Origin: a virus
Taxonomy: Duplodnaviria > Heunggongvirae > Uroviricota > Caudoviricetes
IMG/VR virus record: IMGVR_UViG_3300012983_000313
Coordinates: 1-16,483 of that record
DNA length: 16,483 nt
Reading direction: 5' to 3' (one strand)
Part shown: in pieces, positions 8,003-16,117 of the stretch
Numbering within the stretch: the first letter of the stretch is position 1
Layout of the letters: each line of letters opens with the position of its first letter
The notes under the pieces: generated by a model
Seen by the model: the letters and a program-made list of their open reading frames with translations, nothing else
Told to the model about the DNA's origin: nothing
The model's database searches: none
Program-made: the position numbers and the translations under genes

Positions 8003-10516
8003 ATGCCAGTTGTACCAACAACATCGGGCCGTCAGGTTCAGAGCAGAGGGATTTCGACGCAGGGATTCTCATCGTTTCAGACACCAAATGTCGGTAATGT
8101 ACTTGGCGATGTTGCAGAGCAATATGCAGGTATTATTGCGCAGGCAAAACAGCGTGCGAATGTTGCTATGGCTCAGGATGCTTCTCTTAGCTTAAGCCAG
8201 ATAAGCAGCGATCTGCTGAATAACCCTGAAACAGGTTTGCTTAACCTGAAAGGGAAAAATGCTATTGGAAAAGGTCAGGAGTATACGCAGCAGTTTGATG
8301 CTCAGATCGAACAACTGGCTATGTCGCTGCCGGATGAACAGGCTCGTAATGCTTTCATGCAGCAGGCGCAGCAGCAGCGTATTCAGTTCACTATGCAGGC
8401 CGGGCGGCACGAGATAGGGCAAATAAATGCCTACGAAGAAGGCCAGTTTCAGGCGACGCTGCTGAACAATGGTAAAAATGCCGCAGCATTGTATGGCGAC
8501 AACGCCGCATACGTATTGGCTAATAAGCAAACTTTCCAGCAAATTGAGGATTATGGCATTGCGCATGGCTGGAGCGACGAGCAAATACAGGCCAAGAAAA
8601 TCGAGTTTAAAGAGAAGGTTGCTGATGCCGCATTGTCCCAGTGGTCGGCAAACAATGCGACCGCATTCATCCAAAGTAATGGCGAGTTAAGTGATATTGC
8701 TGCTGGAGCTCGCCGTGCTGTAGCAGATAGTGACTCTTCCGAGCGTGCCCGTGGCATACGCAACAATAACCCAGGAAATCTCGAATACAGCAAAACTAAT
8801 CCGTGGGTAGGCCAGACCGGTGATGATGGTCGATTTGCTAAATTCGAAACACCTGAACACGGGATTCGTGCATTAGGGCGGAACCTGATGTCGTATCAGA
8901 GGCAGGGTATTGATACCGTCAGCGAGATAATTAATCGCTGGGCACCGCCTACTGATAAAAATGACACTATGTCGTATATCAAAGCAGTGTGCGAACAACT
9001 TGGCGTTTCTGCTGATGAGCCTCTCGATGCATCTAATCCTGATACCCTGAAGGCGCTTTGTGCAGCCATTATCCATCATGAGAACGGTAGCCAGCCATAC
9101 AGTGATCAGCAGTTAACTGCTGGTGTCAGTGCAGCACTTGGTTTATCAACAATTCCAACCAACACCAAACGCTATACCGGTAATGCAGCATTCGATGCGG
9201 CATCTCCTGAGGCGCAGGCAAGTTTTATGCGACAGGCGGATCAACTGCGTCGGCAGCAGCAGGCTGAATATAAAACGATGATTGACAGCCAGGTTCGCGA
9301 TGCGACAGCTGCGTATATGCGTGGCGTTGAATTTCCTAACCCACCTGGTGAGGCTGATTTTATTGCAGCTTATGGAGTCAGAGAAGGAAACCTGCGATAT
9401 ACCGAGTTCAGAAATACGCAAATCGCCGGACAGTATATAGGCTCTTTCCGCAACATGCCGACAAGCAGCATTACAGCATATGTTGAGCAATTACGCCCGG
9501 ATACTGGTGAGACAGGGGAGGGTTATGCGGCACGAGCCGCTCTTTATGACAACGTTGTGTCGGCTGCAAGTCAGGTGATAAAGCAGCGACAGGCTGATCC
9601 TGTACAGTTCTCTCTTGCCGCCGGACAGGCAAAGCCTATCGACATGAGCAATAAGGATAACTTTGGACAGAGCGTTGCCTTGCGAGCTGCTCAGGTCAGT
9701 GACCTTGCTAAGTCATATGGCACTCCACTGACGTTCTTTTCCAAAGACGAGGCCAATCAGATCGGTGTTTTCTTTCGTGATGCGCCCGTTTCCCAACAGG
9801 CAGCATATCTCGATACCATCAGGCAGAGCACTGGTGGTGGGCAGGTGTATATGTCAGCACTACAGCAGATCAGTGCCAACGCTCCATCTGCTGCCGTTGC
9901 CGGGATACTGATGGATAAGCCAGGTGGTATTTTGGCAGAAAAAAACTGGTTTAATCCGGATGTTTCCGTGTCTCCTGAAACCGCTGCGCAGACAATTCTT
10001 GCTGGCGCGGCGGCTCGTAAAGGTACTGATGACGCGAAAGGTATTCCGATGCCTAAAGATGCTGATCTTCGCTTTGAGTTTTCTGACATGGTGAAGGATG
10101 CATTTGCTGGTGACGCTCAGGGAGCATCAATGGCATACGAGATCGCAAAGGATTATTACGCTGGTGTGATGGCGAAAAAAGGCGTGGTATCAGGCGAAAT
10201 TGACAATGATGTCTGGAAACAGGCTGTTAACGTAGCTACAGGTGGCGTGCATGACTATAACGGAATGGGGAATGTCCTTTTGCCGTGGGGAATGTCTGCA
10301 GAGCAATTCGATAAGCAGGTTAATCAGGCTTGGAATGAACAAGTTGTCGGCTCCGGGATAAAAACACCGCCTGGTCAGTATGGTTTGCAAAGTTACGGCG
10401 ATAGTCAGTACCTGGTGAAACTTGGTACTGGTTATCTACTGAAAGATGATGGTTCTCCCGTTGTTCTTAATCTGACACAGAAGCGTCAGAGATTCTCCGG
10501 AGATATTCCGCAATGA
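8003..10516 (+). CDS. Large internal virion/core protein (gp15-position, 837 aa) with an internal conserved-looking NNPGN block
   Basis: ATG 8003 lies 12 nt after the upstream stop with a GGGG-rich SD. Gln/Ala-rich helical protein typical of podovirus core proteins. Contains a block RGIRNNNPGNLEYSKTNPWVGQ...HHENGSQPY (about nt 8750-9100). Confidence 0.55.
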   Translation: MPVVPTTSGRQVQSRGISTQGFSSFQTPNVGNVLGDVAEQYAGIIAQAKQRANVAMAQDASLSLSQISSDLLNNPETGLLNLKGKNAIGKGQEYTQQFDAQIEQLAMSLPDEQARNAFMQQAQQQRIQFTMQAGRHEIGQINAYEEGQFQATLLNNGKNAAALYGDNAAYVLANKQTFQQIEDYGIAHGWSDEQIQAKKIEFKEKVADAALSQWSANNATAFIQSNGELSDIAAGARRAVADSDSSERARGIRNNNPGNLEYSKTNPWVGQTGDDGRFAKFETPEHGIRALGRNLMSYQRQGIDTVSEIINRWAPPTDKNDTMSYIKAVCEQLGVSADEPLDASNPDTLKALCAAIIHHENGSQPYSDQQLTAGVSAALGLSTIPTNTKRYTGNAAFDAASPEAQASFMRQADQLRRQQQAEYKTMIDSQVRDATAAYMRGVEFPNPPGEADFIAAYGVREGNLRYTEFRNTQIAGQYIGSFRNMPTSSITAYVEQLRPDTGETGEGYAARAALYDNVVSAASQVIKQRQADPVQFSLAAGQAKPIDMSNKDNFGQSVALRAAQVSDLAKSYGTPLTFFSKDEANQIGVFFRDAPVSQQAAYLDTIRQSTGGGQVYMSALQQISANAPSAAVAGILMDKPGGILAEKNWFNPDVSVSPETAAQTILAGAAARKGTDDAKGIPMPKDADLRFEFSDMVKDAFAGDAQGASMAYEIAKDYYAGVMAKKGVVSGEIDNDVWKQAVNVATGGVHDYNGMGNVLLPWGMSAEQFDKQVNQAWNEQVVGSGIKTPPGQYGLQSYGDSQYLVKLGTGYLLKDDGSPVVLNLTQKRQRFSGDIPQ

Positions 10517-12315
10517 GTTACTTTGGCCTTAATCCAGTAAACCAGAATCAGCAGCTTGACGAAGCAGCATCAAATCCAGCTGGCTTTAACAGCGATGTTG
10601 GTTTTTTCGACAATGCTGTAGGAGCGGCATTGTCTGGTTTGTACTCCGGGCTGGTGGCAAAGCCAGATCAGTTGCTATGGGCAGGGATGGATAAAATCGT
10701 ATCCCCGATTGCTCAGTTTATTAACGAAAACACCTCGCTCAATGATACTTCAGTTTCATACATTGCCGAGCAGAGAAAACTAGCAGAGCAGCAGGTTAAG
10801 CGGCTGACGCCTGATGCCGCGACAACCGGAACCGCCGGGCAGGTTCTTTATGGGTTGTTCGATATGGGCGGGCAGGCTGTTGTTGGTACAACGCTCGGTG
10901 GTCCTGTCGGAGGTGCAGCGGCGGTAACTTCGCTACAGGGTTTTTCTGAGTTTGAACGGTTGACAGCACAGGGTGTTGATTTCAGGACGGCGCAGGAAGC
11001 GGGATTAGTGCATGGTATTACTGCTGGTGCCGGAACACTGATCCCTATGAGCCTCGGGTTACGTGCTGGTGGTGCGCTGGCGGAAGGTGTGGCGGCTCAG
11101 CTTGCGCGGACGGGTGAGAGTTCAGTGCGACGCGCCGCAGCAACAGCAGTACGTGCAACGCCAGATATTGCCTATGCCGCAGGTACAAATATTGCGTTCG
11201 GTATGGCACAGCGTGGGCTTACTGCAAAAACGCTTCGTGATGGTGGCTATAGCGAAATGGCTAACCAGTATGATGTGTTGGATCGACAGGCAATTGCTAT
11301 TGATGCTGTTCTTGGGGTGGCGTTTGGTGGTGTCGGCAGATTTATTAACTCTCGCGGCGAGTCTACAAGCGCACCAAATTTTTCACCAGTTGATATTGAT
11401 GCTGCACTGGCGGCGAATGCCGCTCATCATGCTGAAATTGATATTGCTCCCGGCGTTCCGATCAACGTGCTTTCGCGTAATTCGCACATTCAGGCTCTGC
11501 GAAAAGCCATGTCTGATGTTAGCCAGGGGAGACCTGTAGACGTTGCCAGCATTGTTGAGTCTGCATCTTTCAGTGAAATTCCTGGGCGCAAGAGTCTGCT
11601 ATCTCAGGCAGTTAATGAGGCTCTGTCATCTGTAGATGATGGAGTAACGGCGCGCGCTATAGAAAATCGGTTGCTTGAAGAACAGGCCGCGCAGCTTTTG
11701 TCGCGTGGCGATAGACAGGTTTACCAGTCTGAAATCGCTAATAGCCAACGAATTATTGAAAATCTCACTGAACAGCGCGCACAAATTCTTGCAGAAGAGC
11801 CAACCGGTAGCGGTAAGGCTTTATCTCGTGCTCGATCAGATAAACAGGCCAGACTTCGCGATATTGACCAACGAATCCGGCAGGCACAAGAACGCCTGGA
11901 ATTTTCTCGTAACGCGTTGGCGCCGCACGAGCCTGGAGGTCAGTTTTTTGAAGCTCGAGCAGAACTGGCACGACGACAGCAGGCAGAAAGTGAACTTAAT
12001 GCTCAGGCTGTTTCATTCTATAAAACAGCAGAGGTCAGGACGCCAGACGAAGTAGCTCCTTTTGAGCCCGGTAAGATATTGCAACAGACAGAACAAAAAA
12101 TGATGGCAGATCCGGCAGGAGATATTGATCTGCGTATAGCTGAAGACTCGCTGCTTGAATCTCCGGACATGATAATCACCGTGCTGGATGATGATGGTAA
12201 TCCACAATCGCGCAGTGCGCGTGAAGTACTGGATGAAGCGAACAGGGAAAGTGAGCAGGCAATACAGGATTCCAGCCTGTTTGATGTCGCTGTGGCGTGT
12301 TTCTTGAGAGGTTAA
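10513..12315 (+). CDS. Internal virion/ejection protein (600 aa) with Gly/Ala-rich hydrophobic segments
   Basis: ATG 10513 overlaps the upstream stop (ATGA). N-terminal half carries several Gly/Ala-rich hydrophobic stretches (GTTLGGPVGGAAAVTSL, GITAGAGTLIPMSLGL, AIDAVLGVAFGGVG) compatible with membrane insertion. C-terminal half is charged and helical. Confidence 0.5.
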   Translation: MSYFGLNPVNQNQQLDEAASNPAGFNSDVGFFDNAVGAALSGLYSGLVAKPDQLLWAGMDKIVSPIAQFINENTSLNDTSVSYIAEQRKLAEQQVKRLTPDAATTGTAGQVLYGLFDMGGQAVVGTTLGGPVGGAAAVTSLQGFSEFERLTAQGVDFRTAQEAGLVHGITAGAGTLIPMSLGLRAGGALAEGVAAQLARTGESSVRRAAATAVRATPDIAYAAGTNIAFGMAQRGLTAKTLRDGGYSEMANQYDVLDRQAIAIDAVLGVAFGGVGRFINSRGESTSAPNFSPVDIDAALAANAAHHAEIDIAPGVPINVLSRNSHIQALRKAMSDVSQGRPVDVASIVESASFSEIPGRKSLLSQAVNEALSSVDDGVTARAIENRLLEEQAAQLLSRGDRQVYQSEIANSQRIIENLTEQRAQILAEEPTGSGKALSRARSDKQARLRDIDQRIRQAQERLEFSRNALAPHEPGGQFFEARAELARRQQAESELNAQAVSFYKTAEVRTPDEVAPFEPGKILQQTEQKMMADPAGDIDLRIAEDSLLESPDMIITVLDDDGNPQSRSAREVLDEANRESEQAIQDSSLFDVAVACFLRG

Positions 12316-12320
12316 ATTAA

Positions 12321-14795
12321 ATGAGACAGGAATGTATACAAGCGGTCCAGCAGGCGGCGCAGCGCACGTTAACGGCGCGAGAAATACAGAACATTGAAGA
12401 CCGCATTTATCGAAATATGCGCTCCATTGCTCGTGATGACCCGATGTCGTGGAGACAACTTTCCGAATCAGAGCGGCTATATCGTGCAGCACAATTGGCA
12501 TCTGAAGAATTACAGCGAGAAGCGGCATTAAAGAAACGTCGTGTGGCCATCACTATAGCCGCACGTCAGAGATTGGATAAATTTATCAATAGCTATCAAG
12601 GGGCTGATGGGAAACTTGGCGCTCTTAACCGTACTATTGCTTTTAATGCAGACGGTAAATCGAATTTCCTCTCTGTTGAGTCCAGAACAAAAGCCACTCG
12701 TGATTATGCATTGAGTCAATTGCAGGAGGCATTCGAAGCAGTTGATCCTCGCTTTTTTGGTCTGTTTGAAGATGAAGCGGGCGTACGTGACCTGGTATAT
12801 GAAATGCGAGGGCAAAATACTGGCAATGCTAAAGCAAGAAAAGGTGCTAAGGCGTGGAGAGAAGTGACAGATCTACTGCGCCGCCGGTTTAATGATGCTG
12901 GTGGGGACATTGGCTATCTCGAAAACTGGGGGATCCCTCAACATCATTCTATGGAAAAGGTTGGGGCGGTATCAAAGGATAAGTGGGTTAGCGATGTTAT
13001 AGGTAAGCTGGATCGCAAATATTATATCCGAGCCGATGGACAACTGATGAATGATGCCGAGTTGTCTGCATTTCTTGGAGAGGCTTATAACACGATCGCT
13101 ACTGGTGGGCTGAATAAGCTTACTGATACCGGAATGCGAATTTCCGGCGCACGTGCTAACCGTGGTAATGCATCACGACAGATACATTTCAAAGATGCAG
13201 ATTCCTATCTGCAATATCAGCAACTTTATGGCGATCGCTCTCTATGGGAAATCATGGTCGGTCACCTGGAAGGTATCAGTAAAGATATTGCACTGGTGGA
13301 AACATATGGCACAAACCCCGATCATGTTTTCCGCTCTCTTCTTGATCAGGTGAAGGCAGAAACGGCAACAGCTAACCCGAGTAAAACCGGTAAAGTCGAG
13401 CGGCTGGCGAACAACACAGAGAATCTGTACAACTTTATTTCCGGAAAGACACAGCCTGTAGCGAATCCGCACATCGCGCGATGGTCTGACAATATCCGCA
13501 ACTGGCTGGTTGCCAGCAGACTCGGATCCGCGTTGCTATCATCGTTCTCTGATCTTGGAACCATGTATCTGTCTGCGAAGGTGACCAACCTTCCAATGAA
13601 CCAGTTATTCCGCAACCAGCTTGAAGCTATGGACCCAACGAACCGTACAGAACTTGCGCGGGCGCGCCGCGCTGGTCTGGCGATGGAATCTCTACTTGGC
13701 AGCGTTAACCGCTGGGCGATGGATAATATGGGGCCGTCAGTGTCTCGTTGGGCGGCAACGGCTGTAATGCGTGCCAGTGGGCTTACAGCATGGTCAGATG
13801 CGCACAAGCGCGCCTATGGCGTAACCATGATGGGAAGCATGGGGGAAGTAGTGTCACGGACACCAGACCTTCGTAGCCTCGATGACTCTGATTTTCGTAT
13901 CCTGAAAAGCAAAGGGATTACTGACACAGACTGGAGCGTATGGAAGCTGGCGCAACAGGAGGACTGGGGGAACGGTAATAATACGATGCTGACACCGGAA
14001 AGCATTATGCGTATCCCTGATTCAGCAGTTAAACATCTTGGTGAGCCTGAACGCGTGAAATTTGAGGCAATGCGTAAACTGCTCGGTGCCGTAACTGAAG
14101 AAGTTGATATGGCTGTTATTACACCGGGAGCACGTGAGCAACTGATAACCGGTTCTGGTATTCAGCGTGGAACATGGAAAGGTGAATTAACGAGAAGTGT
14201 TTTCCTGTTTAAATCGTTCCCTATCTCGGTGGTTATGCGCCACTGGTCACGCGCTATGGGGATGCCGTCTGCTGGTGGGCGTGCGGCATATATTGCGACG
14301 TTTATTGCCAGTACGACCATTCTTGGCGCTTTGTCGCAGCAACTTAACGACCTTGCGTCTGGTCGGAATCCTCGAGATATGACAGGAGAAGATGCCGCAA
14401 AATTCTGGCTTGGTGCTCTACTGAAAGGTGGTGGTCTTGGCCTTTACGGTGACTTTTTATTGTCAGATCACACTAGGTACGGAAGCGGCGCGCTGGCGTC
14501 GATGCTTGGCCCGGTAGCTGGTCTGGTTGATGACGTTGTGAAGATTGCTCAGGGCATACCGTTAAATGCTGTGGAGGGGAAGAATGAGCAGACTGGTGGT
14601 GATCTGGTGAAGCTGGGGAAAGGTTTGATGCCAGGTGCGAATCTCTGGTACTTAAAGGCGGCTCTCGATCATATGATCTTTAACCAGATGCAGGAGTATT
14701 TTTCACCAGGCTATTTGCGTAAAATGGAGCAACGTTCGAAGAAAGAGTTTAATCAGACATACTGGTGGCGACCTCAGGATGTCACTCCGCAATAA
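12321..14795 (+). CDS. Large internal virion protein (gp16-position, 824 aa)
   Basis: ATG 12321 with GAGAGG about 9 nt upstream. Last gene of the rightward operon, stop TAA 14793-14795. No repeats or beta-helix signature that would suggest a tail fibre or tailspike. Confidence 0.5.
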   Translation: MRQECIQAVQQAAQRTLTAREIQNIEDRIYRNMRSIARDDPMSWRQLSESERLYRAAQLASEELQREAALKKRRVAITIAARQRLDKFINSYQGADGKLGALNRTIAFNADGKSNFLSVESRTKATRDYALSQLQEAFEAVDPRFFGLFEDEAGVRDLVYEMRGQNTGNAKARKGAKAWREVTDLLRRRFNDAGGDIGYLENWGIPQHHSMEKVGAVSKDKWVSDVIGKLDRKYYIRADGQLMNDAELSAFLGEAYNTIATGGLNKLTDTGMRISGARANRGNASRQIHFKDADSYLQYQQLYGDRSLWEIMVGHLEGISKDIALVETYGTNPDHVFRSLLDQVKAETATANPSKTGKVERLANNTENLYNFISGKTQPVANPHIARWSDNIRNWLVASRLGSALLSSFSDLGTMYLSAKVTNLPMNQLFRNQLEAMDPTNRTELARARRAGLAMESLLGSVNRWAMDNMGPSVSRWAATAVMRASGLTAWSDAHKRAYGVTMMGSMGEVVSRTPDLRSLDDSDFRILKSKGITDTDWSVWKLAQQEDWGNGNNTMLTPESIMRIPDSAVKHLGEPERVKFEAMRKLLGAVTEEVDMAVITPGAREQLITGSGIQRGTWKGELTRSVFLFKSFPISVVMRHWSRAMGMPSAGGRAAYIATFIASTTILGALSQQLNDLASGRNPRDMTGEDAAKFWLGALLKGGGLGLYGDFLLSDHTRYGSGALASMLGPVAGLVDDVVKIAQGIPLNAVEGKNEQTGGDLVKLGKGLMPGANLWYLKAALDHMIFNQMQEYFSPGYLRKMEQRSKKEFNQTYWWRPQDVTPQ

Positions 14796-14990
14796 GGAAG
14801 TGTTTTGTTTTTAATTATTTTGAGTGTGATAATTTCTGGTGGGTTGTTATTTATTGACCGCTACAAATATTTTCTTAACCCTCAGACTCAAGCTATTTGC
14901 TGGTTCATCTTTGTTGTGCAGGGAATAGTTCTTGTTGCAAGCCTTATTGAGGGGAGGCCTCTGATTTTTACTGGGTAAATAGGTGACTAC

Positions 14991-15287
14991 ATGCAAGCGA
15001 TAGGATTCATTGTTTATATCGTCGTTGGTCTTTTTCAGTTGGCAGCAATTATGGCTGGGCTTGAATCATGGTGGGGATTGCACTGGATAATTGCAGCCCC
15101 CATTGCTTTCATCGTGAGCTATATTCCATTTGTTGGAGCGATTGTTGGTATGGTTGGCGCTGTGGATGTATGGCGGTGGGAGTGGTGGCAGGCTGGCCTT
15201 CTCTTCTTTGGTGGGATCATCTTTGTTATTGTCTGCGGTGGAATGTCATCATTTTTCGAATGGCTATCATTCAGAAAAGGGACGTGA
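14991..15287 (+). CDS. Small integral membrane protein (98 aa, about 3 TM helices, Trp-rich); moron-like, possible holin or exclusion-type protein
   Basis: AGGTGA (14981-14986) precedes ATG 14991. Three long hydrophobic segments (residues about 4-24, 31-58, 66-85) and a WRWEWWQ motif. Separated from the phage operon by a 195-bp AT-rich gap and followed by its own intrinsic terminator. Confidence 0.5.
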   Translation: MQAIGFIVYIVVGLFQLAAIMAGLESWWGLHWIIAAPIAFIVSYIPFVGAIVGMVGAVDVWRWEWWQAGLLFFGGIIFVIVCGGMSSFFEWLSFRKGT

Positions 15288-15295
15288 CATGTCAC

Positions 15296-15321
15296 AGGCC
15301 GCTTTCGCGGCCTTGTTTTTA
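15296..15321 (+). terminator. Rho-independent terminator of the membrane-protein transcript
   Basis: Stem AGGCCGC (15296-15302), loop TTTC, stem GCGGCCT (15307-15313), then TGTTTTTAA. Begins 9 nt after the stop codon. Confidence 0.6.
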
Positions 15322-15480
15322 ACGAATGCCACCGCCGCCCGGGCGGGAATCCGCAGAACGCCCACCGCAGCGGGAGCCGTCAGCGGCAGTATCGCTGTCG
15401 TGCTGACAACGACCGGCAAAGGCCTGAGTTGAAGCTACCAGAGACAACAAAACGAACAGTGCAGCAAATGCTTTTTTCAT
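15319..15480 (-). CDS. Putative small secreted peptide (53 aa) with an N-terminal signal-peptide-like segment
   Basis: Minus-strand ATG at 15480: MKKAFAALFVLLSLVASTQAFA then a 31-aa Cys-containing tail, stop TAA at 15321-15319. Weak SD (GGAAA). Lies between two convergent terminators. It could be non-coding; no homology recalled. Confidence 0.25.
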   Translation of the reverse strand: MKKAFAALFVLLSLVASTQAFAGRCQHDSDTAADGSRCGGRSADSRPGGGGIR

Positions 15481-15492
15481 TTGAAATTTCCA

Positions 15493-15520
15493 TCTATAAG
15501 CCACCTCAATGTGGCGTCAA
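15493..15520 (-). promoter_or_regulatory. Candidate sigma70-type promoter for the small minus-strand ORF/RNA
   Basis: On the minus strand: -35 TTGACG (+15520..15515), 16-nt spacer containing the inverted repeat CCACATTGAGGTGG, -10 TATAGA (+15498..15493). The predicted start would give an almost leaderless mRNA, which weakens either the promoter or the ORF call. Confidence 0.25.
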
Positions 15521-15551
15521 TGAGTGTAGCACTGACTTTTGTTTCGTCCAC

Positions 15552-15572
15552 AAAAAAGCCCGCAGTGCGGGC
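15552..15572 (-). terminator. Rho-independent terminator of the minus-strand two-gene cassette
   Basis: On the minus strand: GCCCGC-ACU-GCGGGC perfect 6-bp GC stem followed by UUUUUUGUGG (A-tract 15552-15557 on the + strand). Starts at the TAG stop of the 181-aa gene. Confidence 0.65.
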
Positions 15573-16117
15573 TATTCCTTCCATTTATCAGAAAAAAGAT
15601 CTTCTTCTAAAGGCATTGGTTTTGTTTTTGTTTTCTCAAAGAATTGATAACTGATAGTGATTGCTGCCTCTTTAAACTCTTCTTGCTCAGTTATGTTGTG
15701 AGCATCTGCGTCAACAAAAAACATAACCAGCGCATCACGATTGTGATTTACCGAATAAACTAAAAAGCAATCACTTGTTGGTATGCATTTTACTTGTACA
15801 GACGCTATATTTTTCCATGCATCCCAGGATGATTTTTTACCAGTGTGTTTTTTATCACTATCTTCTGGAATATAGTCTTGGTTATCGACATGAGTATGCC
15901 TGACATTTAGTTTAAGCATTTCTGTCGGACGAGCAAATGCGGCATCTTTACCAAGAGATGGATGGTATCCCGTTTTCCAATACTGGGTAAATGCATCAGA
16001 TACTTTCTTCAGCTCAAGATCAGATGCACAAAGGGCCGAGAAATTTTGCGTATGCAATACTCGACCCTTATATCTGACAATTTGATTTTTATCATTCTGC
16101 GACGCAGACAAACTCAT
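15572..16117 (-). CDS. Hypothetical cargo protein (181 aa); candidate toxin or defence effector
   Basis: Minus-strand ATG at 16117 preceded by AAGGA, 7 nt upstream; the ORF track's longer version from 16144 lacks an SD. AT-rich: about 36% GC in a hand-counted 120-nt sample, against about 50% in a sample of the phage genes. Terminated by a strong intrinsic terminator. C-terminal segment SDCFLVYSVNHNRDALVMFFVDADAH is loosely reminiscent of RelE/ParE-type toxin cores, unconfirmed. Confidence 0.55.
   Translation of the reverse strand: MSLSASQNDKNQIVRYKGRVLHTQNFSALCASDLELKKVSDAFTQYWKTGYHPSLGKDAAFARPTEMLKLNVRHTHVDNQDYIPEDSDKKHTGKKSSWDAWKNIASVQVKCIPTSDCFLVYSVNHNRDALVMFFVDADAHNITEQEEFKEAAITISYQFFEKTKTKPMPLEEDLFSDKWKE

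Noticed and set aside
14947-14990. Candidate sigma70 promoter upstream of the membrane-protein gene (TTGAGG / TAAATA, and TTGACC at 14854)
   Set aside because: Spacer lengths of 12-14 or 24 nt do not fit a canonical 16-18-nt spacing. The promoter is probably present in the AT-rich gap but cannot be placed by eye.
15289-15432. Plus-strand ORF MSQAAFAALFLTNATAARAG... (inside the ORF-track entry 15130..15432), starting 1 nt after the membrane-protein stop
   Set aside because: Its first codons are the terminator hairpin itself (GCC GCT TTC GCG GCC TTG TTT TT). It has no SD, and the rest is antisense to a GC-rich segment. Most likely an artefact of the terminator and GC skew.
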